Under the pieces are notes generated by a model. It worked only from the letters and a program-made list of their open reading frames with translations, did not search any database and was not told where the DNA came from. A stretch of 24,000 nt of DNA, taken from assembly GCF_054048065.1 (NCBI RefSeq), contig NZ_CM132969.1; one strand, 5' to 3'. A program made the position numbers and the translations under genes. Below, piece after piece: positions 1 to 15,665 of this stretch; within the stretch, counting starts at the first letter, position 1, and each line of letters opens with the position of its first letter.

Positions 1-341
1 ACCAGCGAAACGTTTCTCTTATTTAAATAATTACCCACACAAAATATAGGCTTTTAATTATCAACCTTTATTATAAATAAAAGTTATGAAATATATTCTC
101 TTCGTTAACTTATAATTAAGAGAAAAAAACTCACCGCATGGCCATTTAAGCCAGGAATAAATTAGCTTCCCGTTCATCATTTTTGTGATCTTGCGCACAT
201 CTTTGAGATAACGCACTTTCTTCACCAGTACGTTGCACGCTTTGTCAGCAGAAGATTGCAACAATCTTTCAGAAGGCCGCGAATCCCCCGTTTTGTCGTG
301 GTAATGTATGCACTTTGTGTTAGACGGGATAGGTTTTTAAG

Positions 342-1436
342 ATGGAAAAACTGCGGGTAGGAATCGTTTTTGGTGGTAAATCAGCGGAACATGAAGTGTC
401 TCTGCAATCGGCAAAAAACATTGTCGATGCCATTGATAAAAGTCGCTTCGACGTTGTGCTGCTGGGCATTGATAAACAAGGGCAATGGCACGTCAGCGAT
501 GCCAGCAATTATCTGCTAAATGCAGACGATCCTGCCCATATTGCGTTGCGCCCTTCGGCGACCAGCCTTGCGCAGGTGCCAGGTAAACATGAGCATCAGC
601 TTATCGACGCGCAAAACGGTCAGCCGTTGCCGACGGTGGATGTCATTTTCCCGATTGTCCACGGTACGCTGGGCGAAGATGGTTCCTTGCAGGGAATGCT
701 GCGGGTCGCCAATTTACCGTTTGTAGGTTCTGATGTTCTGGCTTCAGCAGCCTGTATGGACAAAGATGTCACCAAACGTCTGCTACGCGATGCCGGGCTG
801 AACATTGCGCCATTTATTACCCTGACGCGCGCCAATCGTCACAACATTAGTTTTGCCGAAGTGGAGTCTAAACTGGGGTTACCACTGTTTGTAAAACCGG
901 CTAATCAGGGCTCTTCTGTTGGTGTCAGCAAAGTAACCAGTGAAGAACAGTACGCAATTGCCGTCGATCTGGCGTTCGAGTTCGATCATAAAGTGATCGT
1001 TGAGCAAGGGATCAAAGGTCGTGAGATCGAATGCGCAGTTCTGGGCAACGACAATCCGCAAGCCAGCACCTGTGGAGAGATCGTACTCACCAGCGATTTC
1101 TATGCCTACGACACCAAGTACATTGACGAAGATGGCGCGAAAGTGGTAGTTCCGGCAGCCATTGCGCCAGAAATCAACGATAAGATCCGGGCGATTGCCG
1201 TTCAGGCTTATCAAACGTTGGGATGCGCAGGCATGGCGCGTGTAGACGTGTTTTTAACCCCAGAGAACGAAGTGGTGATCAACGAGATCAACACCCTGCC
1301 TGGCTTCACTAATATCAGTATGTATCCGAAGCTGTGGCAAGCCAGCGGTCTGGGTTACACCGATCTGATCACACGTTTGATTGAACTGGCGCTGGAGCGT
1401 CACGCTGCGGATAACGCATTGAAAACCACAATGTAA
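342..1436 (+). CDS. ddlA: D-alanine--D-alanine ligase A
   Basis: 364-aa [35 protein letters not shown]...; ATP-grasp ligase motifs (EINTLPGFT); gene order ddlA-yaiZ-yaiY. Confidence 0.97.
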   Translation: MEKLRVGIVFGGKSAEHEVSLQSAKNIVDAIDKSRFDVVLLGIDKQGQWHVSDASNYLLNADDPAHIALRPSATSLAQVPGKHEHQLIDAQNGQPLPTVDVIFPIVHGTLGEDGSLQGMLRVANLPFVGSDVLASAACMDKDVTKRLLRDAGLNIAPFITLTRANRHNISFAEVESKLGLPLFVKPANQGSSVGVSKVTSEEQYAIAVDLAFEFDHKVIVEQGIKGREIECAVLGNDNPQASTCGEIVLTSDFYAYDTKYIDEDGAKVVVPAAIAPEINDKIRAIAVQAYQTLGCAGMARVDVFLTPENEVVINEINTLPGFTNISMYPKLWQASGLGYTDLITRLIELALERHAADNALKTTM

Positions 1437-1442
1437 TATTTT

Positions 1443-1475
1443 AACGCCCGATAATATTCTTATTGGGCGTTTTCA
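1443..1475. terminator. Rho-independent, probably bidirectional terminator between convergent ddlA and yaiZ
   Basis: AACGCCCGATAA-TATTC-TTATTGGGCGTT: 12-bp stem with one G-U pair, followed by a short T tract. Confidence 0.75.
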
Positions 1476-1672
1476 GTTTCTTCATCGCGACGACGAATAA
1501 TCAACCCCGCCAGCCAGAAACTAATCACCCACGTCACCAGACCGACGGCATAGGTCTGCCAACCTTTTGCTTCAAATCCCAGTAACCCCACCACGCCATT
1601 AAGAATGAATATAAGGCCAATGGCGAACGCATAGTAGTGCCAGTCACGGCGGATTTTTACAGGCAGATTCAT
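1460..1672 (-). CDS. yaiZ: small inner-membrane protein YaiZ (70 aa)
   Basis: MNLPVKIRRDWHYYAFAIGLIFILNGVVGLLGF... with two hydrophobic segments; internal Met of the 114-aa ORF chosen as start. Confidence 0.85.
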   Translation of the reverse strand: MNLPVKIRRDWHYYAFAIGLIFILNGVVGLLGFEAKGWQTYAVGLVTWVISFWLAGLIIRRRDEETENAQ

Positions 1673-1931
1673 GGCAGCTCCGTTAACGAAAAACAACATC
1701 CTTGCATATTCTGCAACAACCGTCTGTGGTGTAGACAACATTTTCGTAATTGTTAATAAATTTAACTTAAGGTTGCCATTTTGTGACTCACAACGAAGAT
1801 TCACGCTTCGGGAATATTCCCAACATCAATTTACCATGATTCTGATATTGACAATCTAAATGACCTGTCAGACTTGCCATAAGCCGCTGGTATCACACCA
1901 GAAGAGAAGCAGATGACTTCCGGAGGTTTTT

Positions 1932-2240
1932 ATGGCTGATTTCACCCTGTCAAAATCGCTGTTTAGCGGAAAATATCGCAATGCCTCTTCAACGCCTGGC
2001 AACATTGCCTATGCGTTGTTTGTGCTGTTTTGCTTTTGGGCTGGGGCGCAATTGCTGAACCTGTTAGTGCATGCGCCCGGCGTCTATGAGCGTTTAATGC
2101 AGGTCCAGGAAACAGGTCGCCCACGGGTGGAAATTGGTTTAGGTGTCGGCACCATTTTCGGGCTGATCCCGTTTTTAGTAGGCTGCCTCATTTTTGCAGT
2201 GGTGGCGCTATGGCTGCACTGGCGACATCGCCGCCAGTAA
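1932..2240 (+). CDS. yaiY: inner-membrane protein YaiY
   Basis: 102-aa [36 protein letters not shown]... with an upstream AGGAGG-like site (cggaggttttt). Confidence 0.9.
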
Positions 2241-2250
2241 GTTTTACATT

Positions 2251-2284
2251 GTCAGATGCGGCCTGAAACGCCTTATCTGACCTG
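2251..2284. repeat. partial REP-like palindrome
   Basis: gatgcggcctgaaacgccttatc resembles the REP core (GCCGGATGCGG...CGCCTTATCCGG). Confidence 0.6.
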
Positions 2285-2298
2285 ACATTCCTGTTTGA

Positions 2299-3393
2299 TC
2301 ACTGTTTCATACAACGCGCCCGCCGTTCGTCTACGCGCTTCGCAAACCAGGCCGTAGTCAGGTTGCGGGTGATTTTCGGGCTTTCCAGTTGAATGCCAGG
2401 CAACATTTCGCGGGGGAGTGATTTACCCGTTTTCGTTTCGGCAAGTTGATAAACTTTCTTGTACAGCGCCGTCTCCTCAAAAGAGAAGCTGTCACCTTTC
2501 TCTAACTGACGGCGAATTTCGCTGTCGCTCATCCCCAGTTTTGCAGCCAGTTTGCGCGTTGCCAGTTCGGTTTTCCCGGGTTCTTTACTGTCGTAACGAA
2601 TTAAATCACCGTCCAGTGCCAGCTTCACGCCGCTGGCCTTACTGACCGCGTTCTGAAACGCGGCATTACGGCTGGCGTACCAGCCAGCGTTAAAATCAGC
2701 AAAACGGTATATCGGTGCGCTATAACTGGCGGGATAATTCAGTAAATGGTAAGTACCAAACCACAACCCGCCGCGGCGACTGAAGACTTCCTGACGGACT
2801 GTACCGTCCATTTTCCACGGATACCCTTTGGTATGCTGTTCGGCAAAAGCAATGCTGACCTGCATCGGCCCACCGGTGCGCACCGGATTGAGCGAACCAA
2901 ACAGCGTCTGCCCCATTGGCACCATGTTGATCAGATCGTCAAAAATCGCGCTCAATTGCTTTTCTGTACGCACCGAATCTAACCGTTCGCTATAACTTTT
3001 GCCGTTTGGCGATTTGATTTTTAGCGCGGTATGAACCAGAAAAGCAGGAATGTGCATCCGTTCAGCACGACGGTCAATCTCTTGCCAGGCGATCTTGCTT
3101 AAGCCCGGAACGGCCGGATCTGCCTGATAATTTGACTCCTGCTGCGCCACCGCCAGCACCGAGCAGACGTTTTCCAGCGTCGGTGCCAGCCCCTGACTTT
3201 CAAAGGTGGTGGCGAGATCTTTCGCCCAGGCATCGCGGTCTTTCACGCTCGCAGGCATCTTCTGCCGCACGACGCTCGCTACATCTATCGCTTTTTCGCC
3301 CTTTTTCAACGGTTGCGGAGCCTGACTACTACACCCCGCTAAAACCAGAACCGCCAACAATGACAGCGAAGATAGAGGATTGACGCGCGACAT
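2299..3393 (-). CDS. yaiW: surface-exposed outer-membrane lipoprotein YaiW
   Basis: 364-aa ORF with lipobox LAVLVLAG/C; adjacent to sbmA in the same orientation. Confidence 0.93.
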   Translation of the reverse strand: MSRVNPLSSLSLLAVLVLAGCSSQAPQPLKKGEKAIDVASVVRQKMPASVKDRDAWAKDLATTFESQGLAPTLENVCSVLAVAQQESNYQADPAVPGLSKIAWQEIDRRAERMHIPAFLVHTALKIKSPNGKSYSERLDSVRTEKQLSAIFDDLINMVPMGQTLFGSLNPVRTGGPMQVSIAFAEQHTKGYPWKMDGTVRQEVFSRRGGLWFGTYHLLNYPASYSAPIYRFADFNAGWYASRNAAFQNAVSKASGVKLALDGDLIRYDSKEPGKTELATRKLAAKLGMSDSEIRRQLEKGDSFSFEETALYKKVYQLAETKTGKSLPREMLPGIQLESPKITRNLTTAWFAKRVDERRARCMKQ

Positions 3394-3405
3394 TACTTCT
3401 CCTTT

Positions 3406-4626
3406 TTAGCTCAAGGTATGGGTTACTTCCTGAATTTTGTCACCATCCAGCTCATGTTCAAAGCTGCGCAGACGTTTGTAGATAGACATCAACTCAACCA
3501 GTGTGGTCCATGAGTTAATCAGGTACTGGAAAGCACCGCGAACCTGACCAAAAACGTTGGTAATCTGCGTCATCAGGCCGAGCGTAATCGTACCGGCAAC
3601 AATTGACGGAAACAGCAAGAACAAACCGAAAACGTTATCGACCTGCAAATAGAGAATGCGGGCGATGTTGAAATACATATAGTGAAAATAGAGGCGGAAA
3701 TAGTTTTTCCGTACGGCGCTAAACAGCTCGCGTACCGTAGGCGGCGTCGCGCGCGTGGCATCGTCTTCACCATAAACCAGCTCTTTACGGTAGGCAGCCT
3801 CTACACGCTGGTTTTTAAACTCCAGCCCCGGCAGTTTGATCCCTACCACTGCCAGCAATCCGGTCCCCATCAGCGACCAGACGATTGCGGCAATCACCAG
3901 ACCATACGGAATGTGCCCGATAATCGGCAGCTCCGGCACATGCGCGGAGAGCGTTACCAGCACCGGCAGGAAGGCGATCAACGTCATGATGGCGTTGATA
4001 AAACTGACGCCCATATTCTCCAGCGTTGAAGCAAAACGCATGGTGTCTTCCTGCACACGCTGTGCGGCCCCTTCGATATGACGCAGTTGTTGCCAGTTCG
4101 CCATGTAATATTCGTTCATCGCTGTACGCCAGCGGAACACGTAGTGACTGACAAAGAAGTTGTTCAGCACACTGATCACCACAGCGATCAGCGCAATCCC
4201 CAGAAAGACGCCCACTTCGCGGTAAAATTGTTCGATGGTGACTTTATGCGGCGAACTTAGCGCGGTTTGAATCAGATCATAGAACGGCGCATACCAGGCG
4301 TTGACGGCGACCCCGACTTCCACCAAAAACCAGGTGACGAAGATGATCAGTGCAGTACCGAGTATTGACCAGTATTGCCAACGATGCGGGCTGTAGATAA
4401 ACCAGAACAATGCAAAAAGTCCTACGCAAACAATGTAGTAAGCGTAAAAAATCAGGAAATCCAACGACCAGAAACGCGCGGCGCTAATCGGGATCTGCCC
4501 GGAAGCGCCGGTGATACGCGCCACCCAGTCACCCCCACCGGCTTGCCAGAAGATAACGGCAATCAATGCCCAAACGAAGGCCGAGAGAAAAAACGTTCCC
4601 GGCTTTGGGAAAAAAGACTTAAACAT
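3406..4626 (-). CDS. sbmA: peptide antibiotic/peptide transporter SbmA
   Basis: [35 protein letters not shown]... SbmA/BacA family; start set at the second Met of the ORF. Confidence 0.96.
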   Translation of the reverse strand: MFKSFFPKPGTFFLSAFVWALIAVIFWQAGGGDWVARITGASGQIPISAARFWSLDFLIFYAYYIVCVGLFALFWFIYSPHRWQYWSILGTALIIFVTWFLVEVGVAVNAWYAPFYDLIQTALSSPHKVTIEQFYREVGVFLGIALIAVVISVLNNFFVSHYVFRWRTAMNEYYMANWQQLRHIEGAAQRVQEDTMRFASTLENMGVSFINAIMTLIAFLPVLVTLSAHVPELPIIGHIPYGLVIAAIVWSLMGTGLLAVVGIKLPGLEFKNQRVEAAYRKELVYGEDDATRATPPTVRELFSAVRKNYFRLYFHYMYFNIARILYLQVDNVFGLFLLFPSIVAGTITLGLMTQITNVFGQVRGAFQYLINSWTTLVELMSIYKRLRSFEHELDGDKIQEVTHTLS

Positions 4627-4977
4627 ATGCACTCCTGCTAACTTCTTATCGTTTTAACAACTGCTGTGTATTAACCGCATGACCGCTACAAAGCGTCAGC
4701 CAAATGAAACCGCCCATTGTGACCCATAGCAAGGCGCTTAGTTCGCCAGCCTGACCATAAGAATTGTTTCGACGGATTTCACAAACCAAAGATTGTTTAC
4801 ATAAGCGGATTAACACGCGCAGGATCACAAATGCAGGCATTGGTGAGCAGGAAAAAGATCGTGTTTACGCGCCGTTACGTTTTTAACACTATTATTGCAC
4901 TAATTCGCCCTTTGCAATCTATCAATGAGTAGTATAAATACGCTCAGTTACCTTCATTCAATCTATGGACACCACCG

Positions 4978-6135
4978 TTGAAACGTAGTCTGCTTTTTTC
5001 TGCCGTGCTGTGTGCGGCGTCATTGACCTCCGTCCATGCGGCGCAGCCGATCACTGAACCGGAGTTTGCCTCTGATATTGTCGATCGTTATGCCGATCAT
5101 ATTTTTTACGGCAGCGGTGCCACGGGGATGGCTCTGGTTGTTATCGACGGTAACCAGCGCGTCTTTCGCAGTTATGGCGAAACGCGACCTGGTAATAACG
5201 TTCGCCCGCAGCTGGATTCGGTCGTGCGTATTGCTTCCCTCACCAAGCTAATGACCAGTGAGATGCTGGTGAAATTGCTCGACCAGGGGACCGTGAAGTT
5301 AAACGATCCGCTAAGTAAATATGCTCCGCCAGGCGCACGCGTGCCAACCTACAATGGGACGCCCATTACGCTGGTCAATCTGGCAACCCATACCAGCGCC
5401 CTGCCCCGTGAACAGCCCGGTGGCGCGGCACATCGTCCGGTGTTTGTCTGGCCAACGCGCGAGCAACGCTGGAAATACCTTTCTACGGCGAAGCTGAAAG
5501 CCGCGCCAGGCAGTCAGGCGGCGTACTCTAACCTTGCGTTCGACCTGCTGGCAGATGCACTGGCGAATGCGTCCGGCAAGCCTTATACCCAGTTGTTTGA
5601 AGAGCAGATTACCCGTCCATTGGGGATGAAAGACACCACCTACACCCCCTCACCGGATCAGTGCCGCCGTTTAATGGTTGCTGAGCGCGGTGCCAGTCCG
5701 TGCAATAACACGCTGGCGGCAATTGGCAGCGGCGGCGTCTATTCCACGCCTGGCGATATGATGCGCTGGATGCAGCAGTATTTGTCATCTGATTTTTATC
5801 AGCGCAGTAACCAGGCAGATCGCATGCAGACGTTGATTTATCAGCGCGCGCAGTTTACGAAAGTGATTGGCATGGATGTCCCCGGCAAAGCGGATGCGCT
5901 TGGTTTAGGTTGGGTATATATGGCCCCGAAAGAGGGTCGTCCGGGGATTATTCAGAAGACAGGCGGTGGTGGCGGTTTCATTACCTATATGGCGATGATC
6001 CCGCAGAAGAATATTGGCGCGTTTGTGGTGGTCACTCGTTCGCCGTTGACGCGCTTTAAAAATATGAGCGATGGCATCAATGACCTGGTGACCGAGCTAA
6101 GCGGGAATAAACCGTTGGTTATCCCCGCGTCCTGA
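4978..6135 (+). CDS. ampH: penicillin-binding protein / beta-lactamase-family hydrolase AmpH (TTG start)
   Basis: 385-aa ORF with signal peptide and SxxK motif (IASLTKLMTSEM), YSN motif (AYSNLAFDLL) and a C-terminal TGGGG segment; first codon is ttg. Confidence 0.95.
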   Translation: MKRSLLFSAVLCAASLTSVHAAQPITEPEFASDIVDRYADHIFYGSGATGMALVVIDGNQRVFRSYGETRPGNNVRPQLDSVVRIASLTKLMTSEMLVKLLDQGTVKLNDPLSKYAPPGARVPTYNGTPITLVNLATHTSALPREQPGGAAHRPVFVWPTREQRWKYLSTAKLKAAPGSQAAYSNLAFDLLADALANASGKPYTQLFEEQITRPLGMKDTTYTPSPDQCRRLMVAERGASPCNNTLAAIGSGGVYSTPGDMMRWMQQYLSSDFYQRSNQADRMQTLIYQRAQFTKVIGMDVPGKADALGLGWVYMAPKEGRPGIIQKTGGGGGFITYMAMIPQKNIGAFVVVTRSPLTRFKNMSDGINDLVTELSGNKPLVIPAS

Positions 6136-6824
<689 letters not shown>

Positions 6825-6825
6825 T

Positions 6826-9669
<2,844 letters not shown>

Positions 9670-10192
9670 TTGTCATCCCTCCTCAGGGACGTAATAAGTT
9701 GATCCATCAATTATCAATGCATAGAAAACATATTATGTTTCGCGCTAACGATTATGCTGCGTTACAGACGAATGGTTCAATTATTCTTTCCCCTAAGTCC
9801 GAATGTGGACATATATAATTTATGGAGAAAAACACGCATCAAATTCATAAAAGCACAGTATTTCAACATGTTGCAGATAATTTTGTTTTTGAAGCATACG
9901 CATAATAAATATCACAAACACAAACCAGATAAATATCCTATGAATATGCAACAAAGTTTTAATTATTCAATTTATAGCAGCGCAACCAAACTCCAAAAAA
10001 TAATAACCAACAGCTATAAATAAAGATTAAAAATATTTTCAGTGAATATAAAATTATTGCTGTTTCTATTAAAAAGATGTCCTGGCCTCTCTTCCATTCT
10101 CTTCTTGTCAACATCGCGACAACTTTCGTAAAACATCCCTACCCTGCTTCAGGTATACTATGCCCCTCGATTCCACAAACATCAGGCAGACC

Positions 10193-11167
10193 ATGACAGA
10201 CTTAATCCAACGCCCTCGTCGCCTGCGCAAATCTCCTGCGCTGCGCGCTATGTTTGAAGAGACAACACTTAGCCTTAACGACCTGGTGTTGCCGATCTTT
10301 GTTGAAGAAGAAATTGACGACTACAAAGCCGTTGAAGCCATGCCAGGCGTGATGCGCATTCCAGAGAAACATCTGGCACGCGAAATTGAACGCATCGCCA
10401 ACGCCGGTATTCGTTCCGTGATGACTTTTGGCATCTCTCACCATACCGATGAAACCGGCAGCGATGCCTGGCGGGAAGATGGACTGGTGGCGCGTATGTC
10501 GCGCATCTGCAAGCAGACCGTGCCAGAAATGATCGTTATGTCAGACACCTGCTTCTGTGAATACACTTCTCACGGTCACTGCGGTGTGCTGTGCGAGCAT
10601 GGCGTCGACAACGACGCGACTCTGGAAAATTTAGGCAAGCAAGCCGTGGTTGCAGCTGCTGCAGGTGCAGACTTCATCGCCCCTTCCGCCGCGATGGACG
10701 GCCAGGTACAGGCGATTCGTCAGGCGCTGGACGCTGCGGGATTTAAAGATACGGCGATTATGTCGTATTCGACCAAGTTCGCCTCCTCCTTTTATGGCCC
10801 GTTCCGTGAAGCTGCCGGAAGCGCATTAAAAGGCGACCGCAAAAGCTATCAGATGAACCCAATGAACCGTCGTGAGGCGATTCGTGAATCACTGCTGGAT
10901 GAAGCCCAGGGCGCAGACTGCCTGATGGTTAAACCTGCTGGAGCGTACCTCGACATCGTGCGTGAGCTGCGTGAACGTACTGAATTGCCGATTGGCGCGT
11001 ATCAGGTGAGCGGTGAGTATGCGATGATTAAGTTCGCCGCGCTGGCGGGTGCTATAGATGAAGAGAAAGTCGTGCTCGAAAGCTTAGGTTCGATTAAGCG
11101 TGCGGGTGCGGATCTGATTTTCAGCTACTTTGCGCTGGATTTGGCTGAGAAGAAGATTCTGCGTTAA
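10193..11167 (+). CDS. hemB: delta-aminolevulinic acid dehydratase (porphobilinogen synthase)
   Basis: [34 protein letters not shown]... 324 aa; ORF trimmed to the internal ATG. Confidence 0.98.
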
Positions 11168-11220
11168 TTTTGTTTCCTCTCAGAAAGGGGGAGTTAACCT
11201 GTTGAAAGTACGGTGAACGC

Positions 11221-11257
11221 CCCCTCACCCTAACCCTCTCCCCAAGGGGGCGAGGGG
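11221..11257. repeat. GC-rich palindromic intergenic repeat / possible terminator between convergent hemB and tauD
   Basis: CCCCTCACCCTAACCCTCTCCCCAAGGGGGCGAGGGG; CCCCTC pairs GAGGGG outside and CCCC pairs GGGG inside. Confidence 0.5.
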
Positions 11258-11273
11258 ACCGTCCACTCTCGTA

Positions 11274-12125
11274 TTACCCCGCCCGATAAAACGGTTTATC
11301 CCCAAGGATCGTCGCCCGATGCATTATCCGTCGCTGTGGCAGGTAATCGGCATTGGCATAGTGCTGGGTCACGCGGTTATCCCAAATCGCAATATCATTT
11401 GGTTGCCAGCGCCAGCGCACCTGAAACTCCGGTTTGGTGATATGGGCAAACAAAAAACTTAACAAGGCTTCGCTCTCTTTCTCGCTCACATCAACAATTC
11501 GCGTAGTAAAGCCTTCATTCACAAACAGCGCCTGTTTACCGCTCACCGGATGCGTTCGCACCACCGGATGTAGCAACGGCGGGTTTTTCGCGACCGCCTC
11601 GCGCCAGCGTTGATGTTCCTCCTCGGTTTTGCGGTATTTGTATTCCGGGAACGATTTACGGAAATCATGCTCCGCACGCAGCCCACTCAGCAGCTGGCGG
11701 AAGGGAACAGAGAGCGCCTCATAGGCCGCAATACCGCTGGTCCAGAGCGTATCACCGCCGGTCGAAGGTAACTCTTTAGCTGCCAGAATCGCCCCTGCGG
11801 GTGGCGTTTCAATAAATGTCACATCGGTATGCCAGTTGTCGTTATCTGGCGGATTATCGTTATGGGTATCCAGCACGATGATCTCGTCAACCCCTTCGGC
11901 ATGCGGGTAAACAGGGTGAATATGCAATTCGCCAAAACGCTGGGCCAGCGCGCGTTGCTGCTGCGGCGTAATAGCTTGATCGCGTAGAAACACCACCTGA
12001 TGGCGCAGCACCGCATGGTAAAGCTGTTCAAACTGATTATCGCTTAACGGGCGCGTCAGGTCGGCACCCGAAATTTGTGCGCCGATATACGGCCCCAGCG
12101 GGGTAATGCTCAGACGTTCACTCAT
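11274..12125 (-). CDS. tauD: taurine dioxygenase
   Basis: 283-aa [33 protein letters not shown]...; Fe(II)/2OG oxygenase HTD motif (NWHTDVTF). Confidence 0.98.
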
Positions 12126-12949
12126 TGTACTTCTCCATGCCAGGGCGTCAGGCGGCGCTGTAACGCGCGCAGACCCAGTTCTAAAAGAAAGGCGATAATC
12201 GCAATCACCGCGATCCCCGCCAGCACCACGTCAGTTGCGAGAAATTCACCCGCTGACTGAACCATAAATCCTAAACCGCGCGTCGCGGCAATCAGCTCCG
12301 CCGCCACCAGCGTAGACCAGCCCACCCCCAGACCAATACGTAATCCGGTGAGGATTTCCGGCAGCGCACCGGGCAAAATGACAAACCACAGCACCTGCGC
12401 ACGGCTGGCACCCAGCGACTGGGCGGCACGAATGCGAACCTGCTGCACGCTTTTCACCCCCGCCAGCGCCGACATCGCCACCGGTGCAAAAATCGCTAAA
12501 TAGATCAGTAAGATCTTCGAGGTTTCACCAATACCAAACCAGATCACCATCAGCGGCAAATAAGCCAGCGGCGGCACCGGACGATAAAGCTCGATTATCG
12601 GATCCAGAATGCCGCGTACCGTAGGGCTAAGTCCCATCGCGATCCCGACCGGAATACCGAACAACACCGCTGCAAATAGCGCCAGCATAATGCGCGTCAG
12701 ACTGGCTGCCAGATGCTGCCACAGCGTGGCGTCCATAAAGCCTTGCGGTCCGGCAATGGTGAGTAGTTTTTCCAGTACCTGTTGCGGCGGCGGCAAAAAT
12801 AGCGGGCTAATCAGTTGCAGCGTCGCCACCGTCCACCATACGGTGAGTAAAACCGCTAACGTGCCAATGCTTAAGGTCACCTGACGCGAGAGCGGCCAGC
12901 GCCATTTCAGCCGCCGCGAATGCAGTTTTTCATTAATGAGCACACTCAT
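12122..12949 (-). CDS. tauC: taurine ABC transporter permease
   Basis: 275-aa membrane protein with EAA-like loop ([34 protein letters not shown]), overlapping tauD by 4 nt. Confidence 0.97.
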   Translation of the reverse strand: MSVLINEKLHSRRLKWRWPLSRQVTLSIGTLAVLLTVWWTVATLQLISPLFLPPPQQVLEKLLTIAGPQGFMDATLWQHLAASLTRIMLALFAAVLFGIPVGIAMGLSPTVRGILDPIIELYRPVPPLAYLPLMVIWFGIGETSKILLIYLAIFAPVAMSALAGVKSVQQVRIRAAQSLGASRAQVLWFVILPGALPEILTGLRIGLGVGWSTLVAAELIAATRGLGFMVQSAGEFLATDVVLAGIAVIAIIAFLLELGLRALQRRLTPWHGEVQ

Positions 12950-13713
12950 GAGAACGCCTCCCGTTGCTCAAATACGCGGCTTAAAACATATTCGCGCATG
13001 GCGATGAATTGTGGATCGGACTTGATGCTGCGGCTCGACTCTCCCGCAACAAAGCGGCGAGCAAAGTTGAGCGGCAGCCGCTCCAGCACACGGCCAGGGC
13101 CGGATGAAAGCAGAACCAGTTCAGTCGCCATAAACACCGCTTCTTCTATATCGTGGGTAATCAACAGCACCTGCTTGCCCGTCTCCTGCCAGAGTTTCAG
13201 CAGCAGGGTTTGCATCTGGTCGCGGGTGAAGGCGTCCAGCGCACCAAACGGTTCGTCGAGTAATAACAGCTGGGGATTCGCCGCCAGCGCACGAGCAATC
13301 CCCACCCGCTGACGTTGACCACCGGAAAGCTGCCAGATGTAGCGTTTTTCTGCGCCTTCCAGCCCCACTTTTTTCAGCATCTGGTGCGCGATTTCCAGTC
13401 GCTGCATTTTCTCTATACCTGCCAATTGCAGGCCGAACGCCACGTTGTCCTGTACATTGCGCCACGGTAGTAGCCCTTCATTCTGAAAAACTACGCCACG
13501 CTCTGCTCCCGGTCCCTCAATACGCTTACCCGCCAGTTGAATGCTGCCATGCTGATAAGGCACAAAACCGGCAATCAGATTCAGCAGGGTGGTTTTACCG
13601 CAGCCGGACGGCCCCAGCACCACCAGTAGCTCGCCGCTTTCCAGCGTCAGGTTGATATCTTCCAGTGCCGGTTTGCCGCCATAATCGGCGTAAAGATGAG
13701 AGATTTGCAGCAT
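12946..13713 (-). CDS. tauB: taurine ABC transporter ATPase
   Basis: Walker [10 protein letters not shown], signature [15 protein letters not shown], Walker [13 protein letters not shown]. Confidence 0.98.
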   Translation of the reverse strand: MLQISHLYADYGGKPALEDINLTLESGELLVVLGPSGCGKTTLLNLIAGFVPYQHGSIQLAGKRIEGPGAERGVVFQNEGLLPWRNVQDNVAFGLQLAGIEKMQRLEIAHQMLKKVGLEGAEKRYIWQLSGGQRQRVGIARALAANPQLLLLDEPFGALDAFTRDQMQTLLLKLWQETGKQVLLITHDIEEAVFMATELVLLSSGPGRVLERLPLNFARRFVAGESSRSIKSDPQFIAMREYVLSRVFEQREAFS

Positions 13714-13725
13714 CTGCGCCTCCTT

Positions 13726-14688
13726 TTATTGCACGAAGCGCGAGGTAACGTACTGGCTGTAATCATTCGCTACAGCCGGGACCTTGCCCTGCTCTTTCAA
13801 AAACTGCGCGGTGTCGATGATCGCTTTGTTCACCGGTCCGGTCAGTTCTGCCGTTTGTTGCTGCGGCGTCAGATAGGTATTCCCCTTCACCAGCCCCGGA
13901 ACGTCACCTTCAGGCACGCCGCTTAAACGCGCCAGTTTGCTGATGTTTTCCGGCTGTTTCAGCCACACGTCTGGGTTAGCAATGTACGGTTGCTGAGCAT
14001 CGATGGCGCTTTTAGCGAACGCTTTCACGACCTCAGGATGTTTCTCGGCAAAATCTTTGCGCACCACCCAGACGTCCAGCGTTGGCGCGCCCCACTGCCC
14101 GACCTGTTCAGAATCGGTCAACACCTTGCCGTCTTTTTCCAGGGCGTTAACCGCCGGTGCCCAGACATAAGCACCATCAATATCTCCTCGCTGCCAGGCA
14201 GCGATAATCGCGGGCGGCTGCAGGTTCACAATCTCCACTTGCCCGGGTTTAATGCCCCAGTGTTTCAGTGCCGCCAGCAGGCTGTAGTGGGTGGTGGAGA
14301 TAAACGGTACGGCGATGCGTTTGCCAATCAGATCTTCCGGTTTGCTGATAGTTTTCTTTACCACCAGCGCTTCGGAGTTACCCAGTTTTGACGCCAGCAA
14401 GAAGACTTCAATCGACACCTGTTGGCTGGCTGCAACCGCTAACGGGCTGGAACCGAGGTTGCCGATTTGCACGTCGCCTGAAGCCAGCGCCCGCACGATG
14501 CTGGCTCCGCTGTCAAACTTACGCCAGTCCACGGTTGCTCCGCTTTCTTTAGCAAAGGTGTTGTCGGCCTGAGCCACTTTCGCCGGTTCGGCTGAGGTTT
14601 GATACGCCACGGTGACGTTCACCGCCTGTGCCTGAAAAGCGATGAATGCCAGTGCGGCAAGAAGTGTGTTACGCGATGAAATTGCCAT
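13726..14688 (-). CDS. tauA: taurine ABC transporter periplasmic binding protein
   Basis: MAISSRNTLLAALAFIAFQAQAVNVTVAYQTSAEPAKVAQA... 320 aa; start at the internal Met with a signal peptide. Confidence 0.96.
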   Translation of the reverse strand: MAISSRNTLLAALAFIAFQAQAVNVTVAYQTSAEPAKVAQADNTFAKESGATVDWRKFDSGASIVRALASGDVQIGNLGSSPLAVAASQQVSIEVFLLASKLGNSEALVVKKTISKPEDLIGKRIAVPFISTTHYSLLAALKHWGIKPGQVEIVNLQPPAIIAAWQRGDIDGAYVWAPAVNALEKDGKVLTDSEQVGQWGAPTLDVWVVRKDFAEKHPEVVKAFAKSAIDAQQPYIANPDVWLKQPENISKLARLSGVPEGDVPGLVKGNTYLTPQQQTAELTGPVNKAIIDTAQFLKEQGKVPAVANDYSQYVTSRFVQ

Positions 14689-14967
14689 GATTGTCTGCTC
14701 CCCTGTCTTGTTATGGGAGCAGTATTCAGGAATAAAAACATTCATTAAAAGAATTAGTCGTTATCGCACAGATGATTTTATTCTTAGCAAAAAAACGGCT
14801 AAGGAAAGATTAAATATGCAATTACTCCGTTCTAACAATTGGGAAAATTACTACACTTCATTTTAGTGATGCATAAACAACCACATTACGAGATTTATTA
14901 CTTCATTATTTCGGTGATGCTGCCAACTTACTGATTTAGTGTATGATGGTGTTTTTGAGGTGCTCCA

Positions 14968-15243
14968 GTGGCTTCTGTTTCTATCAGCTGTCCCTCCTGT
15001 TCAGCTACTGACGGGGTGGTGCGTAACGGCAAAAGCACCGCCGGACATCAGCGCTATCTCTGCTCTCACTGCCGTAAAACATGGCAACTGCAGTTCACTT
15101 ACACCGCTTCTCAACCCGGTACGCACCAGAAAATCATTGATATGGCCATGAATGGCGTTGGATGCCGGGCAACCGCCCGCATTATGGGCGTTGGCCTCAA
15201 CACGATTTTCCGCCATTTAAAAAACTCAGGCCGCAGTCGGTAA
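14968..15243 (+). CDS. insA: IS1 InsA (zinc-binding/HTH repressor)
   Basis: 91-aa [40 protein letters not shown]... Confidence 0.96.
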   Translation: MASVSISCPSCSATDGVVRNGKSTAGHQRYLCSHCRKTWQLQFTYTASQPGTHQKIIDMAMNGVGCRATARIMGVGLNTIFRHLKNSGRSR

Positions 15244-15665
15244 CCTCGCGCATACAGCCGGGCAGTGACGTCATCGTCTGCGCGGAAATGGACGAACAGT
15301 GGGGATACGTCGGGGCTAAATCGCGCCAGCGCTGGCTGTTTTACGCGTATGACAGGCTCCGGAAGACGGTTGTTGCGCACGTATTCGGTGAACGCACTCT
15401 GGCCACACTGGAGCGTCTTCTAAGCCTGCTGTCGGCCTTTGAGGTCGTGGTATGGATGACGGATGGCTGGCCGCTGTATGAATCCCGCCTGAAGGGAAAG
15501 CTGCACGTAATCAGCAAGCGTTACACTCAGCGAATTGAGCGGCATAACCTGAATCTGAGACAACATCTGGCAAGGCTGGGACGGAAGTCACTGTCGTTCT
15601 CAAAATCGGTGGAGCTGCATGACAAGGTCATCGGGCATTATCTGAACATAAAACACTATCAGTAA
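15162..15665 (+). CDS. insB: IS1 InsB (DDE transposase portion); expressed as an InsAB' fusion via frameshifting at the AAAAAAC site, 15219..15225
   Basis: 167-aa [65 protein letters not shown]... Confidence 0.95.
   Translation: MPGNRPHYGRWPQHDFPPFKKLRPQSVTSRIQPGSDVIVCAEMDEQWGYVGAKSRQRWLFYAYDRLRKTVVAHVFGERTLATLERLLSLLSAFEVVVWMTDGWPLYESRLKGKLHVISKRYTQRIERHNLNLRQHLARLGRKSLSFSKSVELHDKVIGHYLNIKHYQ

Noticed and set aside
61-264. 67-aa ORF upstream of ddlA
   Set aside because: No Shine-Dalgarno site, no recognisable motif, AT-rich leader; likely spurious.
12609-13465. Several overlapping ORFs antisense/alternate to tauC and tauB
   Set aside because: They overlap well-supported tau genes and have no start-site or motif support.
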